Shown here piece after piece: positions 39,086 to 50,397 of a DNA stretch of 64,000 bases (positions are counted from its first letter, which is position 1; every line of letters begins with the position of its first letter). The stretch covers positions 186,001 through 250,000 of the forward strand of contig RBZT01000578.1 in the NCBI GenBank assembly GCA_003693705.1. Direction: 5' to 3'. The translations under genes were made by a program, and so were the position numbers. The DNA is from Polymyxa betae A26-41. Its lineage: Eukaryota > Protista > Endomyxa: Phytomyxea. The notes beneath the pieces are model-generated. The model was not told the origin of the DNA and searched no databases. It saw only the letters and a list, made by a program, of their open reading frames with translations.

Positions 39086-40631
39086 TTATATTAGTGGTTG
39101 CTTTACAAGAACCACAAGCTGTTTTGAGAATACAGGCCCATTACTGAATACTTTGATTGAAAGATTCCAAACATATCGTGGAAACGTCGCCTGATTTGCT
39201 GGTGACGATTCTTGCAAACGATTTGGGATTACAACCTCAACATTATCAATATAGCATTGTCCAGGATGAATCCATTGGTTCATTCCATTACGGCAGGCGA
39301 CATCTTGTTCAAATACCGGTGTATAAACGATTCGGCTTCGATTCGGCTCGCCAGGAATTGTTATAATTTCTTGATCCGCACGAGTTAACGAGCTAGTTAG
39401 AGTGATATTGTGGGCGAAGAAACGTCGTTCTGTTTGGAAAACGATATGAAGCATGTTCGAAGAGCCAAGAAGCAAATAAGGACGCTGGTCGCAGAATAAC
39501 AACGGTTGAAAACGACAACTTGAAAAGCGCTTCCATCCTTGATATGCGGTATACAGCCCAACCGGCTCTGCAAACAGACAGAAGAGCCATAGAACTGAGG
39601 TATCAGCTGAATGTTTCACATAATACGTGATCGATGAAAACCCGATCATATGAAATAGTACAGCAATTACAGATAACATGGCACCCTGCTGCTTTCTTAG
39701 CTTGCTGTCATCCAGACGATTATCCAATATAGGATACATGTATCTGCCCAAGCATGATACAAACGTTTTCAGGTCGGTTGTATCTGGGTTTATGTGTAAT
39801 ACTGAATATGACATCGCATCAGTTAAAGCCATTATGCATAATCCAATTAATGAAAGGATTAGATAGAAAAACGGCTCAAATACAGCGCTTCTTATCAGAT
39901 ACGAATACGGTGGATGCTCTGAAAAATCGACATAAATCTGTATAATGTAGTCGACCTTCCCTATCTCATAAGCAGCGTTGATAGCTTCGTCGCTGGAAGA
40001 ATATTCATCGTTAGCTAAAGCGAGCGGCCATAAGTTCCACGAACGCCATTCAACGCCATTCTTGTCATTATACGAATAATGCAGAATGAACTCGTAATTG
40101 AACTGCCTTTCAGAGTCCTCATTACTGCTTTCATGTTCAATAATATCGATCTTGTTAACCCGACCCTGGATTACATCGTACTTGGTTAGATGTCGATGTT
40201 GGATATATGCCTGCCTTAACGAATATGCAGCAAGCAATAAGCACACTGAAGATGATAGAATTAGAAACATATAACGACGTGCCAGTTTCCGATTCAGAAA
40301 TCGCTTTCGATATGAGACGCGTTCCTTGAATTTCTCTTTCCAATGCAGAGACCGATCTGGATCTGGATTTGATTGTGTCCTACAGCACATCGCATACCTA
40401 TAGAAGAATCAGTATCTGAGCTATGGTGCTGATTGCATACCAGAGCGAAGGCTGAGTCGCTAGCCCTTGCCATGCTCGGCAGGTCGACGCCAGACGACAT
40501 AGACTCTGCACATCCAAATATTCAAAGACCTCCAATGTCAGCTCGGTCGGTAGCTGCAATGACCAATCGATAGTGCTAAGCATCTTCTCATAACGCATTA
40601 TGTAAACGTTTTGGCAATTTCTTTTCATCAA
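39086..40631 (-). CDS. F-box protein with multiple transmembrane helices and a DUF3592-like domain
   Basis: F-box QLPTELTLEVFEYLDVQSLCRLASTCRAWQGLATQPSLW is joined by intron 40398-40440 to a 434-codon exon with about 4 hydrophobic helices. Confidence 0.75.
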
Positions 40632-40950
40632 TTTCCCGAAACCATGATTTCTATCAGCTAACGTCTATAGCATCTAGCCCTGAGCTTATTCATATTCCGT
40701 CTACCCGACCAAATTCTACCCATAACGGCTGCTGAAGGTGCTTGGCCGCCATCTAATGCTATGCGTTAATGAGTGGTGATTGCTTCGAAGATAGACCAAG
40801 CACAGATACGCGCCTAGCATTAGCCAGGTCTTTATTCGTAGGATTCTGTTTGATGCAGCAGCGATAAGAACTGCATCTATGATGGGATGGGGTGTAATGG
40901 TGCGATGGGGTGGGTTGAAGGCCGCGGATCTCATCATTCAATCTTCCATT

Positions 40951-43617
40951 ATGAATACAGATAATGATGGGCAAGAGGTCGACCTGGCCGACCTATCAGT
41001 CGACGATTTGAAACAGTGTGGACTTAGTCTTGATGATATCCACGAGCTGAAACAGTCGCTGGGGAATCAGGATGACGATCATGCTGATCTAATCGCTGAG
41101 CTGCGAGAAATTCATTCCGGGTCGGACCTTGATGAGAACGATCTAAAGTCGGGCGAAGATGATCTGAAATTTAGCGATGACGAAAATATTGAACTTCCCA
41201 GTTTGCCGCTTGATTGAATGACTTTAGAGAGATTATAATTGGAGTGTAGGTGATGTCGATGCTATAACGACTCCTCCCAACGAAGAACTTTTCGATGAAC
41301 CTGCTGATACTGTTGACGACCAAGCAAATCGGCAAATTAAGTCGTCAAAGGAGGATCAATTACCGCCAGAACCAGAGAAAGGTTGAAAATCGAATTCGAT
41401 ATCAAAGCGGAAGCTGATATACTGCAGATAGGAGAACTGTTATAGAGCATGAAATCAAAGAATTGCAAGTGAAGGCAGTTCAGCTGAATCGTGCTGGAAA
41501 AAAGTCGGAAGCATTACAAGTAATGACGCGAATCAAGCGGCTGAAGGAACTTGTAGCATCAGCAAGTAACAGTTCTCGAAATCTAACTCAGGTCGCCGAG
41601 AAGCTCGATAATATCCCGATGCCACGTCCTGCTGATAAACCTGACCCTGCCATTTCTGTAACATTTCGGTTCAAGGCGTAGCTCGGTTTACTGAGGCCTG
41701 TTTAGGAAAAAGCGCTGAGTGACGTCTCGGCAAGGTTGCAGCAGTTCACAACGGAAGCACTTCGGCTCAAACGAAGCGGCGATTTGGAAGGTGCTCGATC
41801 ATTGATGCCAAAGATTGTGATGTTGAAAGATGCCAAATCCAAGCTTGAGAGAGGCGAATCCGTCAATGTTAGCGCTCTCCCTCAATTACACGTAATGTTA
41901 TACTGTGCATTTTCCAGTCAGAAAAACTTATAAGCTGCAGGCGGCCGCCCAATCAACAAACAAATCTGAGCTGTTCGATTCGCTAGAACGTGACTTGAAG
42001 AATCAAGTGACCCGTGTCTATGATGAAGCTAAACAGGCGCTGAAGTTGGATTTGAAGGAAGATGCTCGCATCATGATGGCCATCAAAGTTCGTTCTGAGC
42101 GAGAATTAGAATCCCTGTTAGTCGAATCTATAAGTATTTGTGTGTCTTTATTCAACAGCATTCAGAGCCCAAATTCGTTTGAGGAATGAGCCGTTACCGA
42201 TGGTGACCAGAACGCGTCGTGCTGTCACCTCTCTGAGGCAGTTCGAACACGTTGGCTCGAATCAGCTCGAGGTCCGTGTTGTGAGATTATCTTTGAACAA
42301 GTTTGAAGTATGGGCAGCTAGAAATCGTTAAAGCGGAGCAGTTGTCACCGCCGTCGGGATGGAAGCTTTGCACCACATTCGTGTCATTCGAACTGAACTA
42401 TCCCAAAGATAGCATTCAGAAAGGCGTCACACCCACTATTGCAAATTCAGATGACCCGAGTATATGCAACTGATTTGTTTGTCGTACTGGTTTCTAAAAT
42501 CATATGATAGAGTATGATTTCAAGAGGTTGCTTTCGTTTCCAAGGCCGAAACGTGCACCACGAATGTGATATCGTTGCTGTCAATATTCTGGGGCTGTTC
42601 AGTTGACACCTCACCCAGGTTTAATTTCGTTAAAATTGCATTCTCTGTCCAAGTCCCACGAATGATGCTTTTAAAACCGATTGTGATCGGGACCGCTGAA
42701 TTGAAGCTCGGCGATCTACTCGAGAAGTCAGAAATTTCTGCTGCCCTACAGGTATCTTGCCTTTTGTGTTTGCGATTATCTGATTAGTGATCAATGAGCA
42801 GCTAAAAGGGGGACGCGGCAAACTCCATGTTGTTGTTCGCATTAGGAATCCATTAAGCGGTCAAGATTTTGCTAAAAAGTTTGTCGAAGATCTTTCTATT
42901 CAAAGTAACCAGTTCATAATTCGCGTTATGATGAGGGTATTAAGCACGACAATAATAGATGGCCCAATTGCATCTCCAGGCTCAAAAACTGTTTCTGCTT
43001 CTCCAGCCATCTCTCCTTCGCATAACACTCCTGCTCAATCTTTACCAAGGTAAATTGCGATGTTTGTCAAGAACGTTGACTTTGAAATTTGATCCTTTCA
43101 GACCATCTCCGAAACCTAAATCAGCTGGAAATGCTCCAGCTGGAATTAGCGAAGAGGACTGGAAGGTCTGTTTAGTACCAATTTGAGTCATTCTGGAGGG
43201 TGACTATCAATAACAGGATCCTCATCGGGTATCATCACTTCGGTCCAATGATGTCATGCAGTTGCTAGTAGATAAGTTACTACAAACTATCGGCACATAT
43301 CGTGCTAAGAGATTAGATCCTCCTTTGGAATTGCTCCAGCAGTCAGTATTGCCCAGTTTAACTCGTTCGGGCTAATAACACGAAATAGGTTCCAGCAAGT
43401 TTCTGCAATAAAGCAGCAACTTGAGCAGCAAGTCGAAGACGGCACTCTAACATTGCCTGCTTATCTGGATATTCTGAAGGAGGACATCAAGCGTCTGACA
43501 TTATTGAACGCAGAGCTTGTAAAGGCTAACAGAACAGAGGATGCAGAAATGGTTGGTTCTAGATTGAAAATCGAGCAGGACGAGCTTAATACAGCTCTAT
43601 CTGCTGGCAATTCCTAA
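40951..43617 (+). CDS. CC2D1/Lethal giant discs-like protein (DM14 repeats plus C2 domain)
   Basis: DM14-like repeats KAVQLNRAGKKSEALQVMTRIKRL, EALRLKRSGDLEGARSLMPKIVML and EAKQALKLDLKEDARIMM. The C2 region ends GGRGKLHVVVRIRNPL and the C-terminus has SNDVM. Confidence 0.75.
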
Positions 43618-43712
43618 TTCTAAATGAGCTTATTCACAACATTGAAATCCGATTGCTATTTAATACTATTTCGTCTACAATGGTTAGCGTGTTCAATCTA
43701 ATCAGAATAGAC

Positions 43713-44255
43713 TTAGACATGGACAGCAAATACTGTCACAATACAATGCATTGTCTGGTTCTCCCATTTAACTGAACAAGTTCCTGGAACGATATCACAA
43801 TCAATAGCGAATTCAATCATTGAATTACCATCGGTATTCAGGTCCCAATAGCATGCGCTTGATGTATGCATCCCTGCTCCATTTCGTTGCATTATTGTGG
43901 AGGTAACTGATCGGCATTCATCAAACGAGACGTCCTACAATGGTACAAGCAGACCAACCTATGTATTTGAAGTTCTTGTCTAGTTGTCTGAGACTCTTTA
44001 GAACGCCTTCAATGATGCTAGCAGTCCAGTCATGAACTTTCTTCGCATGGAATACATTCTGGCCTAACACAGGTTCGATAGCCTGTATGTTATGTCAGCC
44101 ATCATCCTAATCAGTTCATTGCTGAGTTCCCGCCTGTTCTATACACCCTTTGACTTCATCGTAATCGAATCCGACCTAGGAAAATCAGCCAACTCTTTTC
44201 GTAGCCATTTGGAATTTGGGAATGGTACCTGCTCATCATCCCCGAAATCACTCAT
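43713..44255 (-). CDS. DYNLT1: dynein light chain Tctex-type 1 (5 exons)
   Basis: Spliced reading MSDFGDDEQ|VGFDYDEVKGCIEQ|AIEPVLG...KVHDWT...FKYI|VTSTIMQRNGAGMHTSSACYWDLNTD|GTCSVKWENQTMHCIVTVFAVHV*. Absent from the ORF track. Confidence 0.93.
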
Positions 44256-44445
44256 ACCGTTTTATCAATCCTATACTACTCTATACTACTCCATGACTGG
44301 CTGCCCGACCTTTTGAAAAACTCAAAAATTAAGCGAAGTCATGGGTTGTACCAGTCTACGGTTTACAAGAACGACATAACTGCACAAGGGAGGATTTACA
44401 AGAATGTATGAATGTCGAAATTGCTAAATTTGTCTCAGACATTTA

Positions 44446-45111
44446 TTATCCATTTATCTGTTTTTTTGTAAATTGATCAATTTTAGCTTTTCGTTGCAGC
44501 GTGGCAATATGAGCATTGACACGATCGACTTTACATCGCAATTGAAACAGATCAGCCTTTAAATTGATCAGTGATCGATTTTTGACAATGGATTCTCGAT
44601 GCTGTATAATGTGATCCAGAAATTCAATTTGACCATCATTCAACTCTTGCTGCTTACGAAATCGGTAGCCGGCGATTAGCGAATCAGTCGTGCGATCAGG
44701 ACATAGACTGCCCTCGCCATTCAAAGCCATTCCTTGAGATGCTGTAATCTCCTCAGCAATAGTTGGGCGGCCGTCGCCTACCAATTCTTTGTAATCGAAT
44801 ACGCCAGGCTGGACATGCTTTTCTGGTCCAGCTAATGGAATATCAGGCTGTTGATCTCTTTGGATCAGTTCAGGCTGAAGTCCAAGTGGAGAGCTTTGAA
44901 TACGAAATTGCTGCAAACCATCTGCTATTGATTTTACCGAAAAAAATCCAATTCGATCATGAGCAAAGAAGATTTTGCCTCTTTTGTGACCGTTTAATGA
45001 CCTTGCACGATGCTGTTCGTAAGCTGACAAAGGCTGGATCAAGTATCTAGGAGTCGGTAGCTTCTGACACAATTTCGCCAGATTCGTGTGGTAATCATTC
45101 GAAGAGGTCAT
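44446..45111 (-). CDS. hypothetical protein with C-terminal coiled coil
   Basis: Uninterrupted frame of about 220 codons with no recognised motif. Confidence 0.55.
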   Translation of the reverse strand: MTSSNDYHTNLAKLCQKLPTPRYLIQPLSAYEQHRARSLNGHKRGKIFFAHDRIGFFSVKSIADGLQQFRIQSSPLGLQPELIQRDQQPDIPLAGPEKHVQPGVFDYKELVGDGRPTIAEEITASQGMALNGEGSLCPDRTTDSLIAGYRFRKQQELNDGQIEFLDHIIQHRESIVKNRSLINLKADLFQLRCKVDRVNAHIATLQRKAKIDQFTKKQING

Positions 45112-45429
45112 GCTCCATTGACAATCAGCATTGACTGTACCAAACAAGGGCAGTCACACCTGAGGAAAACTTGAACATAATCTACGAACGGAACCTGATG
45201 TTGAAGGTCCCGGATGGATTCATCAGCTGTTAACTTCCGGCAGCCGACTCAACCGTCGTTGAGTCATGGTTTGGGTTCTCCGAACTGATGGATTCGTGAC
45301 TCGGCGTTGGTTTTGTTCATTCTGAAATTCGCCAATAAACCTGAAAAGGACAAACCGACGAACAAGGTCCCCTTGTTTAACGCCAAGACCCCCCCGAACC
45401 TCTTATTCTTATCGAATTCAATTATAATC

Positions 45430-46365
45430 ATGTCGTCATCTTCGTCTTCACCCGCTGTCGTCTGCCATGCGTTTGCCAAAACGCAGAAATGCCCGAACGG
45501 ATCCAGTTGCTTCATGATGCATATCACCGACCGAACCGAAGCGCCATGGCGAGCGGTACGTCCCGTCTCCAACGCTTCGCTGGTCCAGTTGCAATCGCAA
45601 CGCCAAGTGCCCGCATTGCAGCACCCCGAAGCCATCGTTCGATCGACATCCAGACCATTAATTCTCGCCGATCGCGTCTGGGGAACTTCATCGCCAGCCG
45701 CCAGCAGCAGCAACGCTGCCTCGGTTACAGGAACCCGGGCTATCGACAGGCTGGCGCTGTTACGGCTTGAGTCACGCCAGTCATCGACAGCAACAACGAC
45801 GCTTCCAACCAAGACCGAATTGTACAAAACCGAACTCTGTCGCTCCTGGTCGCAGACACAATCCTGCCCATATGGATCGAAATGTCAATTCGCGTATGGT
45901 TTCTTACAGATCATTACTTACATATACTGACTTGTCATGTATAGGCATGGTTCTGATGAGCTTCGCCCGGTCCAACGTCATCCAAAATACAAGACGGTAG
46001 AATGCAATCAGTGGGCAGCCACTGGAAAATGCACGTTTGGCAATCGATGCGTTTTCATCCACGACAAAATTGAACGTCAAGGCCCGAATCCGGCCACTTC
46101 GGCAGGACGGTCGGATGTTTCGTCTTGGATCGTCAGCGATAACGCGACGCCATATGTGGCTCCAACGGCCAATGCTCCATCGATCGCCACGCTCAGCAAA
46201 CGGTTCTCGCGAGTTATGGTCGAATCGTCCAATGACGAAGACGACCTGATCAAGCGGATCCAGAGCAGCTTTCCCATGTTCGGCGAGCTGCTCAAGAAGC
46301 CGGCGCCTGTGTCACAGCAGCAGCAGGATGATCAGGGCATGAAGGTGACGACAAGAACACTATAA
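45430..46365 (+). CDS. TIS11/tristetraprolin-family tandem CCCH mRNA-decay protein
   Basis: LYKTELC-x8-C-x5-C-x3-H, an 18-residue spacer, then a second finger with KYKTVEC lead-in. An intron interrupts the first finger. Confidence 0.92.
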
Positions 46366-46596
46366 AGTGATTCTGACTATTCTCTTTATGTTTGTAGTTA
46401 TAAAACAAAGTCGCGTTTGTCCTTTTAACTTGTTCACGTTACGCAGTAACAGAACGAAAATTAAGAGTTTTGAGAAAAAAAAAGTAAAATCTAGAGAATT
46501 GAAAGCCAATTCTGGAATTGCACTGTTTTCAGAAACGCAGTCTCATACGATCGTTTATTTTGAATGAACTGCAACTAAATAAATAGCTACCTACTC

Positions 46597-48545
46597 CTAG
46601 TTGGACCTGGCTCTAAGTGCATCTCTCTGTTGGGCGATAACGCGATCTCGGATTCTGATTTGATCTTCCAATGCCTCGACCCAGTGAGCATTGCTTTTAT
46701 CGACTTGCTCTCGTTTATGGACAAGTTTAAGATTCTGGACCTTTAGTTCATGCATAGCCATTTCCATATCCAGGATCTGGGCTACTGTTTGTGAGCAGCT
46801 GACTCCAGCGAGACCCATTTCGGATCTTAATGACTTCTCTCTTTGCAGCAGGTTTTGGTCGATACTGATTAACTTTTGTTTTTGAGCAGAACCTTCAGTT
46901 AGTTCTCGTTCAAGTTTGCCAAGATCCTCAACCACAGGCTGGTCCAATTTTGCTAAAATCTTCGCTTTCCGCAAATCTCGAATCTTGTCAAGATTGCGAA
47001 TTTTGGCAGCATTGAGATCGGCCATGAGCTTCTTTCTTTCTTCGAAAACCGTCTGAAGCTTATTCCTCATTTCTTTCCACGTTACTATATCTCTAGTAGC
47101 CAGCCAATTCTCCATCTCTAGCTGATGCGTCGATTGCGATTTGACTTTCTGCCTTAGCGAGGATACTCGCATCTGGCATTTGAGTGAAGCGATTTCTTTG
47201 CGAAGATTGCTGATTATTTCAGTGTACTTGGCCAGATGATGGGATACTTCCACAATATTGCTTCGAGCATGAGTCCTGATATTTTTTGCCCGATTCGCAT
47301 ATTTTAGAGTGTTGTGAGTTTCCTCAAACGACAAATCGCTCGGGCTGACGTTGGAAATCATAACCTGTAGACTCATGTCAGATATGATTTTAAAGTACTT
47401 TCACAGCTAACCGTTTTAGTATTGCCTCCAAGGGAATCTTTCAACATTCGGGTTAGTTTCGAATCACTAAAGGAAACAAATAAGAACGGTCTCATAAGTG
47501 AGTGCCTTTGTATTACCGAAATGGGACGAAATTTGAATTCGAACCCAGAGCAGTGATGCAGTTGCCTAAGGCGAGTAAAGATCTGTTAATATTGGCTCCT
47601 TCAATCATTCGAATCCCGCGATTTTGTGTAATCGCAGCCCTTTCTGAGCCAGCGAGATCGATTAAAGAAAGCTTGCCTATCCGAACTGACTCGGTTGTAT
47701 CAGGCGTTCTGTCGCGCTGTTCGACGACTATCTGCAGAACAGCATGCGATCGAGATGAAGTTTGGTTTCTGATTTATAAGTTCAGTTTCGTTGTCAAGCA
47801 CAAGATCCGAATACTCACGCGGCTGTTGGTTCTGTCGTTCGATTCGCGTTGCCTTTATGAAGTAGGTCCATAATCTCTTGTGTGTTTTGTGCGACAATTT
47901 CCGTTAGACGTGCCACTTGTATGCCTCTAACCGGATCTTCGCGAAGAGATAAATGTCCAGATGACGGCCGTAACAGATCACGAAGATTCTCATTATAGAC
48001 TTCGAGGTAAGATAGCGAAACTCGAAATAATGACTCCGGGTGAGATGAGATATGGCTGAATAAATCCTCTAAAGCTAAAATCATAATCCCTGGATCAGTA
48101 GGGGTCCCAACCATAGTATGAGTTTTCCCAGCTCCAGTCGACCCATATGCGAATACGCTGGCGTTATAACCATCGGCCACAGAATCAATCAAGAATTTTG
48201 TCGTATTGTTGTAAACATCTCGCTGAGAGCATTTCTCATCGAATGCATGATCGAACATGTACTGCTTCTCCCGGGTGCGATTCTGTCGCAGGAAACCGGA
48301 GATTCCAGAAGTTGAGTCCATAAGGACGACAAGGCGTCCATCCAGAACTTTAATCACGTCTCGTCCGCCGGCCGCTTTCTCCTTTGCTGTCTGCGGTCGT
48401 TTCCGAACGACCACGACGATGTTATCAGATTCCGAAGCGTCGTGATGCTCGGGGACAGTGACTATATCCTTGACGGGATCATCATTGGCAACTTTGTGTT
48501 TTGACGAATGACTCGCTCTGTGCTGTCGAGTGATCGTCATGCGCA
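46597..48545 (-). CDS. kinesin-8 family motor (KIF18/KIF19-like); 5' end may extend upstream
   Basis: Motifs VVVRKRP, FAYGSTGAGKTHTM, SYLEVYNE, TAANQTSSRSHAVLQI, LSLIDLAGSERA, EGANINRSLLALGNCI and FEETHNTLKYANRAKNI. Confidence 0.92.
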
Positions 48546-50168
48546 TCAGGAAGTTGGAAAGGCTTGGCACATATCCCCCAGAGGGTTTAGAGCAGGGGAT
48601 TAATATGAGGTTCGATTCAAGGTACTTAGTTGGAGACTACAAATCCCCATATAGACGAGACGGATTCATGACCCTCATGTAACAATAGAAACTGTCCTCA
48701 CAGAATGACGGCATATGTAAACTCAAAGACACTCATGTTTCAAGCATAAGAAGGGAACCGATGAGATCCTACAAGTCCTTTTAGTATCTGTTTCAGACAT
48801 TTTACCAGTGAAAAATGAGGTATGAATGAGGGCTGGAGAAGATGTAGAACGGGGCGTCGTTGGTTCTCCAGGATTGGGCTCCATGTCATGCAGACGAATG
48901 TGGATTTGATCCCTATGGATACAGCTTCCGACCGCGCCCAATTTGTACGCAATGATGGCCAGGTCACACGCCTTAAAAACCGACTTTATGTCCCAAAACT
49001 TTGCAATAAATCAAGATGATAAGGAAACGAGTGTCTACTGCAGAGGGCGTCATTTATTGTTCGGTTGTAAATAAGGCATCTTATGAGTATCAGAGGACAG
49101 CCAAAGTACGTCTCCGGTAGCAAGCATTGCTTTATCATTGACAGTCCGGTTCGTGGAGCAAATCAAAGTGTAATGGGTCGCTTGTCGTCGAATCCGCCCA
49201 AGGCACAGGAATTCCACCAGCATTATTAGCAGCAGTATAATCGTTCATGCTTAAGGACGAATAGTGCAACAGCATCGATTCTGTCCCACATGACTGGCGC
49301 TTCTCGTGATACTTATTGCTGCTGAGTATAGAATGCTCAATATATTTTGGAGTAGCAGCAACCACAGTTACCAAATTGCAACTACAAAAGGTTAATCGAT
49401 AATTGACAGGCCAGACTCGAACCTCACCAGTCCACAGATGGATTCAAAGCAAGTCGAAAACGTCGCCAGATCAGGGATTGCATCGTTTGGTTCGTATCTC
49501 TTCTGAAAGCGCTCCGACTGCTAAGCGGCCGATTCGGTCAACAGTACAGGCGCAATGCTGCATACCATTTAAGCCAACACAAATAGAGATGGGCAATCGG
49601 AGGCTAATGCGAATCAGAAAAGTGGTGGAATGTGAACCACAACATGATTAAACACCTGGCCCATATACAGGGGTCCAGAAACGACACATGAAAACATAGC
49701 CCCAACTTCCATTTACAATTCACAATGCCGGTCTGCGACTCGGTCCTCCTTGGTGTTTCGTCAAAGACCCTGGTCGAGGAGGAGAGCATAGACGCTGAGC
49801 GCGATTCTGTTCGCGATATGATGGTAGCCATCGATGGATGCTGCCAGGCTGAAGGCGGATCTCTTCCCGATGTGGCTCTGGCCGTTGGCGATGGTCGACG
49901 AGCTGGCAGCGACGGCCAATCTGCAAGCGATTCTGTAATAGTGCTTCAGACTGTGATACGCTCCTATTCTAAAGCACACCAGGTTCAGGAGGCTTTGGAA
50001 GCTCAGGCCATAAAGCAGCAGAGCCAGCGTTTCCCTGAGTACTTCAACCCGCAAGCAATCAAGTCATTGGTCCAAATCAAATGGTGCTCTTAAAGCCCAG
50101 AGTGTACAAGCATAACGACCTACAAATAGACTGCACTGTCCGAAACCATAGCAATAAAGATATCTGTA

Positions 50169-50397
50169 TCGTCTTTGTCCAGCAGCCATCCGCTTGAACT
50201 AATAATCGGAAACAGCGGAGCCCGACGCTTCAACGTCATCGAGAGCAACAACAAAGTCCTCCAGAGTCGAAGCTCTAGTGTCTGAATCATCTTTGACCAG
50301 CAGCCATCCGCTTGAGCTGATAATCGGAAGCAGTAGAGCCCGACGCTTTAACGTGATCGAGAGCAACAACAAAATCCTCCAGAGTCAAAGTTCTAGG
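50169..50397. repeat. imperfect tandem duplication (period 118 bp) of the ATAD1 3' coding end
   Basis: AGCAGCCATCCGCTTGA...GAGAGCAACAACAAA..CCTCCAGAGTC occurs at 50181 and at 50299. Confidence 0.92.

Noticed and set aside
44271-44290. 10-bp tandem CTATACTACT x2, and a TTCCA repeat near 27968
   Set aside because: Trivial slippage repeats with no functional evidence.
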